Source: Candidatus Saganbacteria bacterium (lineage in GTDB: Bacteria > Margulisbacteria > WOR-1 > JAKLHX01). Taken from it: a stretch of DNA of 32,000 bases. A model generated the notes under the pieces. That model saw nothing but the letters and a program-made list of their open reading frames with translations, was not told the DNA's origin and searched no databases. Where the stretch lies: the NCBI GenBank assembly GCA_026387835.1, contig JAPLKZ010000007.1, forward strand, positions 95,284 to 127,283, in the 5' to 3' direction. The translations under genes were made by a program, and so were the position numbers. How positions within the stretch are numbered: position 1 is the first letter of the stretch; every line of letters starts with the position of its first letter. Below are positions 1 to 13,094 of the stretch, piece by piece.

Positions 1-192
1 AGAAAATTCCGCATGGAACATGTGGGGGTCACGAATATTTCAAGATCTATCCCCGCTGATTTTACGCCTTCTGTAATTATATGTATCGGATCAGACCCGA
101 AAATCTCTCAAAAATATGCAAAAAAGTTTAAATATAGAGAAGTAATCGGCTATGACAGCTTTGGTTCGCTGGTTATGCTGTACGGTCAATAG
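1..192 (+). CDS. C-terminal fragment of an upstream CDS, product unknown
   Basis: Frame 1 is open from base 1 to TAG at 190-192; it encodes ...RKFRMEHVGVTNISRSIPADFTPSVIICIGSDPKISQKYAKKFKYREVIGYDSFGSLVMLYGQ*. The start lies outside the window. Confidence 0.55.
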   Translation, partial: RKFRMEHVGVTNISRSIPADFTPSVIICIGSDPKISQKYAKKFKYREVIGYDSFGSLVMLYGQ

Positions 193-225
193 TTAACTCT
201 GTCCGGATATGATAAAATATATTCC

Positions 226-1026
226 ATGACCGATGAAAGAAAGGAACAAACTGATTTGCCGGAACATAACAGAGAAACCGGTCTTTCGCTTTCAGTGTTG
301 ATGCCGGTATACAATGAAAAATCCACGATATCAGAATGTATCGCAAGAGTATTTGCGGTCAAGAGCCCTTATATCTCCAGGATCGAGGTCATTACGGTTG
401 ACGACGGATCTACCGATGGTACGAGAGATATTTTGCGCGAACTTCAAAAAAAGCACCCCGGGCAATTGATCTATATTGAGCATGAAAGAAATCAAGGAAA
501 AGGCGCGGCGATCCGGACTGCCATTGACAGGGCAGGGAATGATATCTGCATTATTCAGGATGCGGACCTGGAATATGACCCTAATGATTATCACAAGATA
601 ATGGCCCCTTTTGTCAAAGAAAATGCCGATGCGGTTTTTGGCTCCAGGTTCTTAACCGGGGATTATAAACGCCTTCTGAATTACAGGCACGCGGTCATAA
701 ACCGTTTTTTAACTTTTCTGACCAATGTCGTGACAAATATCAATTTTACGGATATGGAAACATGCTATAAAGCTGTACGCACCGAACTTCTAAAATCCAT
801 ACCGATCAGAGCAAATTGTTTCGATCTCGAACCGGAAATATCGATCAAGCTTGCCAAAAGAGGCGCACATATATTCGAGGTGCCCATAAGTTACAGCGGA
901 CGGACAAGCGCGGAGGGTAAAAAGATCGGCTGGAAAGACGGTCTTATGGCGCTGAGAACACTGCTTAAATACAGTTTTGTGAATGACAGCAGCAAGAACG
1001 GCCCTAAAGCGGGTAAAAAGACATAA
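226..1026 (+). CDS. Glycosyltransferase family 2 (DPM1/dolichyl-phosphate mannosyltransferase-like)
   Basis: LSLSVLMPVYNEKSTISECI...VITVDDGSTDGT...DADLEYDP...VFGSRF: GT2/GT-A motifs. Confidence 0.93.
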   Translation: MTDERKEQTDLPEHNRETGLSLSVLMPVYNEKSTISECIARVFAVKSPYISRIEVITVDDGSTDGTRDILRELQKKHPGQLIYIEHERNQGKGAAIRTAIDRAGNDICIIQDADLEYDPNDYHKIMAPFVKENADAVFGSRFLTGDYKRLLNYRHAVINRFLTFLTNVVTNINFTDMETCYKAVRTELLKSIPIRANCFDLEPEISIKLAKRGAHIFEVPISYSGRTSAEGKKIGWKDGLMALRTLLKYSFVNDSSKNGPKAGKKT

Positions 1027-1039
1027 GGAGCTTATCAAA

Positions 1040-2362
1040 GTGAGAATATGTGTGATCGGAGTCGGTTATGTGGGATTGGTGACCGCCGCATGTCTGGCGG
1101 ACCTGGGCAATGAAGTAGTATGTGTCGACAGCAACAAAAAGAAGATAAGCGCTTTAAAAAAAGGCAGAGTCCCGTTTTATGAGCCGGGGCTGAAAGAATT
1201 GGTCGTTCATAATTTAAAAAATAAAAGACTCGCATTTACGGGCGATCTGACGCTCACGGTGAATAAAGCGGAGATAATATTTATCGCGGTCGGTACACCG
1301 CCAAAAGCCACGGGTGAAGCGGATGTGACGGCCGTTATCCAGGTGACAAAAGGTATTGCGCGGGCCATAAAAAGCAAAGGCATAAAAGTCCGCAAAAGCA
1401 GCCTGGGCTATAAACTTATTGTGAATAAAAGCACTGTCCCTGTCGGGATGGGGGACCTGGTCACAGAGACGCTCTTAAAATACGGTATTCCGAAAAAAAG
1501 TTTCGCAGTCGTCTCAAACCCGGAATTCCTGCGCGAAGGCTCAGCGCTTTCAGATTTCCGGTCGCCCGACCGTTTAGTGATCGGAGCCTCCAATAATAAA
1601 GCTTTCAATTTGATCACCGATCTTTACCGCCCTTTGAACGCGCATATCATTTTTACCAGTATTAAGAACGCGGAGCTTATAAAATATGCTTCGAACGCGT
1701 TCCTTGCAACAAAGATATCTTTTATCAATGAAATGGCGAATATCTGTGAAAGGCTGGGAGCCGATATTATCGAGGTCGCATTTGGCATGGGGCTGGACAA
1801 ACGGATCGGAAGAGGTTTTTTGAACGCCGGCGTCGGGTTCGGAGGCTCATGCTTTCCTAAAGATATTTCCGCATTGATACATCTTGCCAAGAGCCATGGT
1901 TATGAGCCGGTTATACTGAAGTCCACTAACGAATTTAACCGCAGCCAGAGAGAAGCCTTTGTCAGTAAGGTTGAAAAAAAATTGAAGGGCCTGAAAAATA
2001 AAACAATTGGTGTTTTGGGCTTATCGTTTAAACCGCAGACAGACGATCTGAGGGATGCCCCCTCCCTTGATATTATTGCCGGACTGCGGGGAAAGGGGGC
2101 CAAGGTCAAAGTTTATGATCCGATAGCCATGAACGCGGCAAAAAATATTCTGCGCGAGGTAACATTCTGCAAAAATGCCTATCAGGCTGCCGAGGGAAGC
2201 CACGCCCTGCTTATTATAACCGAATGGGACGAGTTCAAGGAACTGGACCTTAGCAGGATAAAAACTTCGATGAAAATGCCGGTCCTTATCGACGGAAGAA
2301 ATATTTATGACCCCCGGCGCATGAGGGAGATGGGCTTTCAATATACAGGCACAGGAAGATGA
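1040..2362 (+). CDS. ugd: UDP-glucose 6-dehydrogenase
   Basis: Frame 983..2362. The likely start is GTG at 1040 ([30 protein letters not shown]) preceded by AAGGAG at 1025-1030. Contains [12 protein letters not shown], the catalytic Cys motif of UDP-Glc/GDP-Man dehydrogenases. Confidence 0.95.
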   Translation: MRICVIGVGYVGLVTAACLADLGNEVVCVDSNKKKISALKKGRVPFYEPGLKELVVHNLKNKRLAFTGDLTLTVNKAEIIFIAVGTPPKATGEADVTAVIQVTKGIARAIKSKGIKVRKSSLGYKLIVNKSTVPVGMGDLVTETLLKYGIPKKSFAVVSNPEFLREGSALSDFRSPDRLVIGASNNKAFNLITDLYRPLNAHIIFTSIKNAELIKYASNAFLATKISFINEMANICERLGADIIEVAFGMGLDKRIGRGFLNAGVGFGGSCFPKDISALIHLAKSHGYEPVILKSTNEFNRSQREAFVSKVEKKLKGLKNKTIGVLGLSFKPQTDDLRDAPSLDIIAGLRGKGAKVKVYDPIAMNAAKNILREVTFCKNAYQAAEGSHALLIITEWDEFKELDLSRIKTSMKMPVLIDGRNIYDPRRMREMGFQYTGTGR

Positions 2363-3282
2363 CAAGATTTTTGCTGACCGGCGGGGCCGGATTTATCGGG
2401 TCGCATCTGTCCGATTTTCTCCTGCAGCAAGGCCATCATGTTATTTGCATTGACAATCTTATTACCGGCGACCCGGCGAATATAGAGCACAACATTAAAA
2501 ATGAGCGTTTTAGTTTCATCCGGCAGGATATCTGCCGGCAGATCAAGATAGACGGTTGTATAGACTGCGTACTTCATTTTGCCTCGCCGGCAAGCCCCAT
2601 AGATTATTTAAAGATCCCTCTTGAGACAATGCGGGCAGGCTCGATCGGCACATTTAATACTTTGGATCTCGCGCAACAAAAGAACGCGAAATATCTTTTT
2701 GCGTCAACTTCTGAGATATACGGGGACCCGTTGGAACATCCGCAAACCGAGAGTTACTTTGGGAATGTCAATTCGGTCGGTCCCCGGGCAGTTTACGATG
2801 AGGCGAAAAGATTTTCCGAAGCGCTGACGATGGCTTATCACCGCGCCCATAATGTGGACACCCGGATCATCCGTATCTTTAACACTTACGGGCCGCGTAT
2901 GCGGAAAGCGGACGGGAGGGTCATCCCCAATTTTATTAATCAGGCATTAAGTGATGAGCCGCTGACCGTCTACGGTGAAGGAAAACAGACGAGAAGCTTT
3001 TGCTATGTTTCCGATCTTGTCGCCGGGATATATAAACTGGTAAATTCGGCCGTGCATGAGCCCGTGAACATGGGAAATCCCAATGAAACCACAGTGATCG
3101 ATGCGGCGAAAAAGATCATTAAACTGACAGGAAGTAAAAGCAAGATAGTTTATTGTCCGATGCCGGTCGATGACCCCAAAGTCAGGCGTCCGGATATCAG
3201 CAGAGCGGTGAAAGAACTGGGCTGGCAGCCGGCAGTCGATTTTGAGGAAGGCCTTATAAAAACCATCAAGTGGTTTAAATGA
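2359..3282 (+). CDS. UDP-glucuronate decarboxylase (UXS/UDP-xylose synthase), extended SDR family
   Basis: [37 protein letters not shown]...[20 protein letters not shown]...[14 protein letters not shown]...[10 protein letters not shown]; ATGA overlap with ugd. Confidence 0.9.
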   Translation: MTRFLLTGGAGFIGSHLSDFLLQQGHHVICIDNLITGDPANIEHNIKNERFSFIRQDICRQIKIDGCIDCVLHFASPASPIDYLKIPLETMRAGSIGTFNTLDLAQQKNAKYLFASTSEIYGDPLEHPQTESYFGNVNSVGPRAVYDEAKRFSEALTMAYHRAHNVDTRIIRIFNTYGPRMRKADGRVIPNFINQALSDEPLTVYGEGKQTRSFCYVSDLVAGIYKLVNSAVHEPVNMGNPNETTVIDAAKKIIKLTGSKSKIVYCPMPVDDPKVRRPDISRAVKELGWQPAVDFEEGLIKTIKWFK

Positions 3283-4415
3283 AGGTATCAATAAAAAAAA
3301 TATTCATAGTACTGTTCTTTCTTTCTTACCTTTTTTATGTTCTTTCAAGCGCATTCTATTTAAAAGCGCATTTTCAGTGGCTTTATTTAGCGAAACACAT
3401 TATGATCGCAATGATATGTGTTGTCGGGATGTTCACCTTCAGCAAAGTCATCAATAAAAGGCACTTGCTTCTCTTTATGGTGTTTCTTCCCGTGTTTATT
3501 CCATTCTTGTTCTTTAACTGGACCGGATGGGTTATGGCTTTTCAGAATATTATCTTTTTTGCCGCGGCTGTGATAATAAGTAAATACTGGACAAAAAGGG
3601 ATACATTCTCCATAATAATCCTCTTTCTTGCTGTCTCGATGATCCCTGTATTCATAGATCTGTTATTTAACGCCGCGGGGTTCATATATAACACTTGGTA
3701 CGGCAGACCGAGACTATTGCTCGGGTATTTTCACCCCAAAGAAGCAAGTATCGCACTTTTGATCCCGATACTTCTGGCGCGGTTCTTCATAACAGATAAA
3801 AAGATCAAATATCAGTTCGTCATTTTTTTCGATCTGCCGGTATTGGTCCTGCTCTATTTTGTTTCTTCAAGGAATACTTTGTTCTTTTATGCTAATTTCC
3901 TGCTGCTTTCTTTTCTGCTAAAACGGATAAAGTTTGTTCCGACCATTATCTTATACGGCCTTACATATATCGGAATACCTCTGCTTTTCCTGGCCCAATA
4001 TTATGAAGAGATAAATCTGTGGCTAAGCAAACGCCTGAGTATTTGGATGACAGGGAATATATCTTTTTTTGGATCAGGGATGGCAATGGCATCCATAGCG
4101 GAGTACGGTGTGTTTTCCAAATTCCGCATAGATAATTTTTACCTTGACTACCTTATAGAGAACGGAGTAATCCCTTTTGTTTTTCTGATCACCGTGCTTT
4201 TTCTGATAATATTAAAACTGCGCAGCACAAAGATCAGGGGGGTGTATGTTAACGCGGTGTACATACCGTTCTTGATCAGCTGTGTATTCGACTCGGGGAT
4301 GTTCTCGAGCGGGAATTTTCTCAATTTGTTCGTCTGGTCATTTGTGGCGGCCGGCCTGTGTTTTAAGAGCGAGTCGTTTGATACGGTGAAAAATGAAACA
4401 GCTGGTCCTGGATAA
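3279..4415 (+). CDS. Polytopic membrane protein, O-antigen ligase/Wzy polymerase-like
   Basis: About 10 hydrophobic segments, with a late periplasmic-type segment ([35 protein letters not shown]) resembling the O-antigen ligase family. Position in the polysaccharide cluster supports the call. Confidence 0.7.
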   Translation: MKVSIKKIFIVLFFLSYLFYVLSSAFYLKAHFQWLYLAKHIMIAMICVVGMFTFSKVINKRHLLLFMVFLPVFIPFLFFNWTGWVMAFQNIIFFAAAVIISKYWTKRDTFSIIILFLAVSMIPVFIDLLFNAAGFIYNTWYGRPRLLLGYFHPKEASIALLIPILLARFFITDKKIKYQFVIFFDLPVLVLLYFVSSRNTLFFYANFLLLSFLLKRIKFVPTIILYGLTYIGIPLLFLAQYYEEINLWLSKRLSIWMTGNISFFGSGMAMASIAEYGVFSKFRIDNFYLDYLIENGVIPFVFLITVLFLIILKLRSTKIRGVYVNAVYIPFLISCVFDSGMFSSGNFLNLFVWSFVAAGLCFKSESFDTVKNETAGPG

Positions 4416-5496
4416 TATAATATTCGGCCTGCAGAGATCGGGAGGCATAAGCAGATATTGGCAAGAGATCTTAGATCGTCTTATTGCGGACGATGAGTTT
4501 GCTGATCTTTCCTTCCTGGAACCGGCGCATGCAGGGGGCAACATATTCAGGCGGAAGACAGTTATCCCGGAAGAAAAAAAACGGCATCAATTGCCCATAC
4601 CTTCAATAGCCATGCAATTCTTGCCCGTGAGATTGGATGCCCCGGCTGTTTTTCATTCCAGTTACTTCAGGTATGCTATTGGCAGAGAGGTCAATAATAT
4701 AGTAACAGTATACGATTGCATCTATGAGCGGTTTAGAGGGAGCTCTATGGCAGCTTTTCTCCACAAGATAAGAACGAGAGCCCTGAGGCATGCTGACATT
4801 GTGATCTGCATTTCAAAAAGCACGGCGAATGACGTGATGAAATATTATCCGTATGTCAGCAAAGATAAGATCAGAGTCATCAGTTTGGCGGCAGGCGATG
4901 AGTTTTATAAGATGAAAGCAATTCCGGATAAAATTATTATTAACGGGCAAAGTATCATTAAGAATTCATATCTTTTGTATGTCGGAAAACGAGACGGCTA
5001 TAAAAACTTTTCCGTGCTTATCAAGGCAATGGGGATATTAAAGAAAAAGGATTTGTCTTTGCCATGCGTCTTTGTTGTCGGCGGTGAACGGCAATTGCTT
5101 TCGAAACACACATCATTGATAAAAGAGCATGGTGTCGGAGATAAAGTTATCAGGACCTCCACTTGTGATGCGGCGGAATTAAATTTGTATTATAACTGCG
5201 CAAAGGCATATATTTGCACATCTTTGTATGAAGGGTTTGGGCTGCCTGTCCTGGAAGCATTTAAGGCGGGATGTCCTGTTATAACGGCAAACAATTCTTC
5301 TCTCGGGGAAGTAGCAGGGGACGCGGCACTGTTCTTTGATGCCGGGGATCCCGACAGCCTTGCCAGGCAGATCGAAAGTATATGTAATAACGTCCTAGCG
5401 GACAAATTCCGAAAAGCCGGGATTGAAAGAGCAAAATCGTTTTCCTGGGGCAATGCATACAGGGAAACAAAACAGGTTTACCTTTCACTGCTTTAG
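4393..5496 (+). CDS. Glycosyltransferase family 4 (GT-B)
   Basis: [22 protein letters not shown]...VICISKSTANDVMKYY...AYICTSLYEGFGLPVLEAFKAGCPVITANNSSLGEVAGDAALFFD: GT-B E-x7-E motif. Confidence 0.92.
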   Translation: MKQLVLDNIIFGLQRSGGISRYWQEILDRLIADDEFADLSFLEPAHAGGNIFRRKTVIPEEKKRHQLPIPSIAMQFLPVRLDAPAVFHSSYFRYAIGREVNNIVTVYDCIYERFRGSSMAAFLHKIRTRALRHADIVICISKSTANDVMKYYPYVSKDKIRVISLAAGDEFYKMKAIPDKIIINGQSIIKNSYLLYVGKRDGYKNFSVLIKAMGILKKKDLSLPCVFVVGGERQLLSKHTSLIKEHGVGDKVIRTSTCDAAELNLYYNCAKAYICTSLYEGFGLPVLEAFKAGCPVITANNSSLGEVAGDAALFFDAGDPDSLARQIESICNNVLADKFRKAGIERAKSFSWGNAYRETKQVYLSLL

Positions 5497-5511
5497 AAAG
5501 GAAGTTAAATT

Positions 5512-6270
5512 ATGAAAAATCCTAAAATCTCAATAGTGACCGTAGTATTCAACAACAAAGAAATGATCGCTTCGGCTGTCGATTCGGTGCTGTCACAAAC
5601 ATATAGAAACATCGAATACATTATTGTTGACGGCGGCTCAACTGACGGAACTGCCGGGATAATAAAAAGTTACGGAAAAAAAATAGGAAAATATATTTCC
5701 GAGCCCGACAAAGGGATCTATGATGCCATGAATAAAGGCATTAAACTTGCCACAGGTGATATTGTCGGCGTTCTGAATTCGGATGACATGTTCTATGATA
5801 AGTTCGTTGTGGAAGATATCGCCAAGACGTTTGTGGAAAACGATGCGGATTGCGTGTACGGAGACCTTGTGTATGTCGACAGGAATGACGTCAATAAGGT
5901 GACGCGCAGATGGGATTCGTGCGCCTTCAAGAGCGGATTGTTTGAAAAAAGCTGGACGCCGGCCCATCCTACGTTCTATTGTAAAAGAGAACTCTTTGAA
6001 AGGCTGGGGTATTACAGGCTTGATTTTAAGATAGCAGCCGATGTTGATCTGATGTTCAGGTTCCTGGAGATCGCGGGGATCAGCTCGCGTTATATCCCGC
6101 GCATGATGGTGAAGATGAGGGATTGCGGCGTAAGTAACACAGGCCTGTCGAGTGCAATTACGATAACCAAAGAAATGCGTCAGGTTTTCATGGAGAACGG
6201 CAGAAGATTTAATCTTTTGAGCTATCTTTTTCATAAGGCCTTGAAGATAAGGCAGAAGATATTGAAATGA
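5512..6270 (+). CDS. Glycosyltransferase family 2
   Basis: PKISIVTVVFNNKEMIASAVDSVLSQTYRNIEYIIVDGGSTDGTAGII...DKGIYDAMNKGIKLATGDIVGVLNSDD; preceded by a GAAAGGAAG SD. Confidence 0.94.
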   Translation: MKNPKISIVTVVFNNKEMIASAVDSVLSQTYRNIEYIIVDGGSTDGTAGIIKSYGKKIGKYISEPDKGIYDAMNKGIKLATGDIVGVLNSDDMFYDKFVVEDIAKTFVENDADCVYGDLVYVDRNDVNKVTRRWDSCAFKSGLFEKSWTPAHPTFYCKRELFERLGYYRLDFKIAADVDLMFRFLEIAGISSRYIPRMMVKMRDCGVSNTGLSSAITITKEMRQVFMENGRRFNLLSYLFHKALKIRQKILK

Positions 6271-7202
6271 AACAAGTTCTGGTAACAGGAGCGGGAGGAT
6301 TTATCGGAACCCAGCTGGTAATGGAGATGATACGGCAGGGAATAGACCCGATATGTTCGGAAAAGGACGACGGGGCAAGGCAGAGACTTGCGGATATCGG
6401 CGTTAAGAACTTCTGCCGGAATATTCAGGACCTGGGATATTTGGATGCCGTGATCCACCTTGCCGGCAGGGTTCACCAAATGAAGGAAAGGTCGCAATAT
6501 CCGGAGCGGGAATATGAAAAGGATAATATCGGCCTTGCCGTCGACGTGGCGCAAAAGTCCATACTTAAAGGCGCAAAAAAGATCATCTTTGCAAGTACCG
6601 TTAAGGTATATGGTGAAAGGCCGGGACATTATACAGAGAAGGATCCGTCCGTTCCGGAAGAACCTTACGGGGCGTCGAAATCGATCGCCGAGTCAAAACT
6701 GACCGAGCTCGTGAACAGCTCTGAAAATGCCCGCCTGGTCATAATGCGATTTCCCATGGTATTCGGGCCGGGGAACAAGGGGAATATGCTCCCGCTTCTT
6801 CGGGCCGCTTCAAAAAAATTATTCCTTCCTCTGGGAGCGTCAGTGGGAAAAAGGAGCGTTCTTTATGTAGGCAATCTTGTCTTGGCCCTGTTGCGGGCCC
6901 TGGAGCATGACGTTGCGGAGAAGGTCAGTGTATACAATATAAAAGATGCGGACGTTTCGTCCGGCGAGCTTTACTGCGCGATAACCAGGGCGATGGGTTA
7001 TGGTGAAAGATTATTGTACGTTCCGGAAGGCGTATTTAATGCAGCATCCGCCATATTTCCTGCGGTAAAGAAATTCAAAAAAAGGCTTTTCGATGAGTTC
7101 GTCTTTGATGACAGCAAATTCATAGAAACATACGGCTGGCGGCCAAAATTCACCTTTGATGAGTCGATAAGAAATACTGTTGAATGGTTCCGCAACCCAT
7201 GA
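6267..7202 (+). CDS. NAD-dependent epimerase/dehydratase (WbpV/UDP-glucose 4-epimerase-like SDR)
   Basis: MKQVLVTGAGGFIGTQLV...VIHLAGRVHQMKE...IIFASTVKVYGE...EEPYGASKSIAE (YxxxK)...YGWRPKFTFDESI. Confidence 0.82.
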   Translation: MKQVLVTGAGGFIGTQLVMEMIRQGIDPICSEKDDGARQRLADIGVKNFCRNIQDLGYLDAVIHLAGRVHQMKERSQYPEREYEKDNIGLAVDVAQKSILKGAKKIIFASTVKVYGERPGHYTEKDPSVPEEPYGASKSIAESKLTELVNSSENARLVIMRFPMVFGPGNKGNMLPLLRAASKKLFLPLGASVGKRSVLYVGNLVLALLRALEHDVAEKVSVYNIKDADVSSGELYCAITRAMGYGERLLYVPEGVFNAASAIFPAVKKFKKRLFDEFVFDDSKFIETYGWRPKFTFDESIRNTVEWFRNP

Positions 7203-7278
7203 TCATTCCAAACGATCTTCGGTCAGATTAACCTTTTGATCCAAGCTTCTTTCGGAATGTTATAATAATATAAACCTT

Positions 7279-8240
7279 ATGAAAGTACTTATCACAGGAA
7301 TCACGGGTTTTGTCGGCAGTCATCTGGCCGAACATCTCCTGGCTGAAGGAATGGAGGTTTTTGGGGCGGCAAGGTGGCGGAGCAGCAAAGACAATATCGA
7401 GAATATAAAGGATAAGATCAAACTCCTTGAATGCGACATAAACGATGCGTTTTCCGTAAAGCAGATGCTAATAGATATTAAGCCAGACCAGGTTTATCAT
7501 CTGGCGGGGCAGAGCTCGGTAGCGGCTTCTTGGAACAGCCCGGCAGAAACAATAAATACTAATGTAATAGGTCAGATAAATATTCTGGAAGCGGTCCGCA
7601 TGTTAAAGCCGGACACGCAGCTCCATATTGCCGGAAGCAGTGAGGAATACGGCCTTGTAACGGAAAAAGATATCCCCATAAATGAAGACGTTCAGCTCAG
7701 GCCTCTTTCGCCGTATTCGGTCAGTAAAGTCGCCCAGGACCTTTTGGGCTACCAGTATTTTAAGAGTTATGGCATGAAGATCATCCGGACCAGGGCGTTT
7801 AACCATACGGGGCCCAGGCATTCGGATATTTTTGTGACCTCTAATTTTGCCAGGCAGATCGCCCTGATAGAAAAAGGCAGACAAGAGCCGGTAGTAAAAG
7901 CAGGCAACCTTGAGGCGCGAAGAGATTATACTGATGTAAGAGATATTGCAAAAGCGTACCGGCTCGCCCTGCAAAAGGGGGACATGGGGGAAGTATATAA
8001 TATATGTTCGGGAAAGGCCGTCAGCATCAGGAAAATGCTTGATATTCTTCTGTCTTTCAGCACGAAAAAGATCACCGTTGAAACGGACCCTTCAAGGCTG
8101 AGGCCATCGGATATTCCCGTCATGCAGGGGGACTGCGCAAAATTCGTCTCAAAAACCGGCTGGTTGCCTTCGATCCCTCTTGAAAAAACGTTAAAAGACA
8201 CATTTGATTATTGGATCGGTGAGATAGAAAGGCAACATAT

Positions 8241-8244
<4 letters not shown>
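7279..8244 (+). CDS. GDP-4-dehydro-6-deoxy-D-mannose reductase-like SDR (Rmd-like)
   Basis: [21 protein letters not shown]...[27 protein letters not shown]...SEEYG...[27 protein letters not shown]...[37 protein letters not shown]: Rmd-type signature positions. Confidence 0.78.
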
Positions 8245-10225
<1,981 letters not shown>

Positions 10226-10230
10226 GACCT

Positions 10231-11256
10231 ATGACCGACAACTTTTTTATAATTCTCCCGTTAGTACTGGTGATCTCAATACTAACGACCTTTATACTGC
10301 AATGGCTGTCATATAAATTCGGGCTGTTTTCCGACAAGCCGAACCGCAGGAGCTCCCACTCAAATATCATTCCCAGATGCGGAGGCGTAACATTTTTGAT
10401 CTTATTTGCCGTATTCATATTTCCTTTATTTGATCTGAAAAACAGTCTGAATATCGCCTATCTGGCCGGGGCGGCGGCATTCCTTGTCGTCGGCCTGTCA
10501 GACGACCTTTCAATAATGAAAGGCAGCCATAAGATCGCCGCGACTTTTGCGGCCGCATTTATCCCGATCATATTCGGGGTCAGGCTCGACGGTTTCGGGC
10601 TGGGTTTTGATGCGGGTATTTTCAGCTATATGCTTACTTTCCTCTGGATCTTCGGGCTGATAAACGCGTTCAATTTTATGGACGGCATCGACGGCCTGAT
10701 AGGAGGGATATCACTGATCTCCTCTTTTGTCTTGCTGGCGTTCTCGCTTATCTCCGGAAATATTACGGTCGCGATGGTGTCAACCGTAATAATTGCCGGC
10801 TGTCTGGGCTTTCTGTTGTTTAATTACAGCCCCGCATCGATATTTCTCGGCGATACCGGAAGTTTATTTTTAGGATACAATTTTGCGGTGCTGTCAATAT
10901 TTTTGGCAAACTCCGGTGCCTGCAAAGTCCAAATATACCCTTTTGTCATACTTTTTGCTCCCGTAATTTATGATTCGCTAAGTACCGTTATAAGAAGAGC
11001 CTGGGAAGGCAAAAATCTGATCGAGGCCCATAGGGACCATCTGTATCAGAAATTGATAATCCACGGTTATTCGCACAGAAGTATCAGCATAATATATTAC
11101 GTGCTTACGATATTTCTGGGCTATATTTCAATAATGTCAAGATCAATGCTATTATCAACAAAGATACCGGCAATGATCTGTCTGTTGTTCTTTTTGGCCG
11201 CGGGTTCGGTCATCGCCGAAAGGCTGGGAAAAAAACATGCTAAAAAGCATAATTAA
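10231..11256 (+). CDS. WecA/WbpL/MraY-family undecaprenyl-phosphate N-acetylhexosaminyl-1-phosphate transferase (polytopic PGT)
   Basis: KPNRRSSHSNIIPRCGGVTFL...GLSDDLSIMKG...NAFNFMDGIDGLIGGISLIS...FLGDTGSLFLGY; multi-TM; HRDHLYQKL. Confidence 0.92.
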   Translation: MTDNFFIILPLVLVISILTTFILQWLSYKFGLFSDKPNRRSSHSNIIPRCGGVTFLILFAVFIFPLFDLKNSLNIAYLAGAAAFLVVGLSDDLSIMKGSHKIAATFAAAFIPIIFGVRLDGFGLGFDAGIFSYMLTFLWIFGLINAFNFMDGIDGLIGGISLISSFVLLAFSLISGNITVAMVSTVIIAGCLGFLLFNYSPASIFLGDTGSLFLGYNFAVLSIFLANSGACKVQIYPFVILFAPVIYDSLSTVIRRAWEGKNLIEAHRDHLYQKLIIHGYSHRSISIIYYVLTIFLGYISIMSRSMLLSTKIPAMICLLFFLAAGSVIAERLGKKHAKKHN

Positions 11257-13090
11257 AAGACTTGAGCCGTTCCTCCGGGAGAACAAGCTGGCAATATTGC
11301 TTTCTGTCGATGTTATCTCGATGACCGCGTCAATATTATTGTCGGTCGTCCTGCTTGAACAGAACAACTGGGCGGATATCGCCGCTTTTATCTTTCATTA
11401 CTGGTGGATATTCCCGTTCATCATCGCGTTCAGGATAGGTGTCTTCAGGAATTACGGCCTGTACCACTGGGCCTGGCAATATATGAGCGTAAAAGAGGTC
11501 CTGTCACTGATAAAGGCGATCGTGTTAAGTTCGATGCTCGTTTTGATGAGCCTGATAATCTTAAGCCAGAGGGATTTCCCTTTTTCTCTTCTCGTGATAG
11601 AAGCGTTCCTGTGCTTTGCGGCTATCGGCTCCACGAGACTTATCATAAGATTGTGGAAGGAATCGCAATCAAGGCTGCATTATGAAGGAGAAGAGCGGAG
11701 AGCCCTGATAGTAGGCGCGGGAGACGCGGGAGAGACCATACTCAGGGAGATGCAGAAAAATCCGCAGTTGAAATATGTCCCCGTAGGTTTTGTTGACGAC
11801 AATTTATCAAAACGGGGCGTGTTCATACATCATCTTCCCGTTTTAGGCTCTTCCCAGGAGATCCCGGAAATCGTGGAAAACAATGAAATTGATGAAATAA
11901 TAATCGCGATACCTACCGCCAGCAGAAAGCAGATCAGGAAGATCGTCGGTTATTGCGAGGAAACCAAAGCTAAATTCAAGATCGTTCCGGGAATATACGA
12001 ATTGATCGACGGTACGGTCCATGTGGCGCAGATAAGAAATGTCGAGATCGAAGATCTTTTGGGGAGAGAGACGATCACGCTCGACAATAAGAGCATTTCT
12101 TCGTACATATCCGATTCGGTGATCATGGTCACGGGAGCGGGAGGCTCTATCGGGTCTGAGCTTTGCAGAAAGATCGCGATGTTCAATCCCAAAGAATTGG
12201 TCTGTATCGGAAAAGGGGAGAACAGTATTTTTGATATCGAAGCGGAACTCACGGATAAATATCCGTTCCTGGAGATACGGCCTTTTATCGCAGATATACG
12301 CGACAAGGCGAGGATGGAAAATATATTCAAACGGACAAAACCGGATGTCATTTTCCATGCCGCGGCGCACAAACACGTGTATCTGATGGAGAGAGACGCC
12401 GATGAAGCGGTGCTGAACAATATAATGGGAACAAAAAATATGGCAGAACTGGCAAAAAAATATAAAGCAAAGGAATTTGTGCTGATATCCACGGATAAAG
12501 CGGTCAATCCGTCCAGTGTCATGGGCGCGACAAAAAGAATAGCGGAAATGACAATAAAATCTCTGGCGGACAGCCAAAGCGATACTAAATTCGTTTCCGT
12601 CAGGTTCGGCAACGTTCTGGGAAGCAGAGGAAGCGTCGTCCAGATATTCAAGAAACAGATAGCCGAGGGAGGTCCAGTTACTGTCACCCATCCCGAAGCA
12701 ACAAGATATTTTATGACCATACAGGAGGCGGCGCAGCTGGTCATCCAGGCAGGCGCAATGGGCAGCGGCGGAGAAACATTCATCCTTGATATGGGAGAGC
12801 CCGTGAAGATCCTGGACCTGGCAAAAGACCTTATAAGGCTGTCGGGGCTTGAAATGGGCATCGATATTGATATAAAATTCGTAGGTTTAAAACCCGGCGA
12901 AAAGCTGTATGAAGAATTGCTGACCACTGAAGAAGGCACTAAAGCCACAAAACACGAAAAAATATTTGTTGCTCCGGCAGCCATGATCGACAGGGGCAGA
13001 CTGGATGATATTATTGATAAACTTGAGAAAGCGGCGGAAGAAGGGCATTGCGAAGAAATAAAAGCCTTATTAAAGGTAACCGCTAAATAA
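11237..13090 (+). CDS. Membrane-bound nucleoside-diphosphate-sugar 4,6-dehydratase (CapD/WbpM/PglF/FlaA1 family)
   Basis: N-terminal 4-TM region, a first Rossmann-like domain (RRALIVGAGDAGETILREM), then VIMVTGAGGSIGSELCRKI...HAAAHKHVYLME...STDKAVNPSSVMGATKR...VRFGNVLGSRGSVV...EKLYEELL. Confidence 0.95.
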   Translation: MLKSIIKRLEPFLRENKLAILLSVDVISMTASILLSVVLLEQNNWADIAAFIFHYWWIFPFIIAFRIGVFRNYGLYHWAWQYMSVKEVLSLIKAIVLSSMLVLMSLIILSQRDFPFSLLVIEAFLCFAAIGSTRLIIRLWKESQSRLHYEGEERRALIVGAGDAGETILREMQKNPQLKYVPVGFVDDNLSKRGVFIHHLPVLGSSQEIPEIVENNEIDEIIIAIPTASRKQIRKIVGYCEETKAKFKIVPGIYELIDGTVHVAQIRNVEIEDLLGRETITLDNKSISSYISDSVIMVTGAGGSIGSELCRKIAMFNPKELVCIGKGENSIFDIEAELTDKYPFLEIRPFIADIRDKARMENIFKRTKPDVIFHAAAHKHVYLMERDADEAVLNNIMGTKNMAELAKKYKAKEFVLISTDKAVNPSSVMGATKRIAEMTIKSLADSQSDTKFVSVRFGNVLGSRGSVVQIFKKQIAEGGPVTVTHPEATRYFMTIQEAAQLVIQAGAMGSGGETFILDMGEPVKILDLAKDLIRLSGLEMGIDIDIKFVGLKPGEKLYEELLTTEEGTKATKHEKIFVAPAAMIDRGRLDDIIDKLEKAAEEGHCEEIKALLKVTAK

Positions 13091-13094
13091 ATAT

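Noticed and set aside
983-1039. 19-aa extension of Ugd overlapping the upstream gene
   Set aside because: GTG at 1040 with AAGGAG upstream matches the conserved MxICVIGxGYVGL start.
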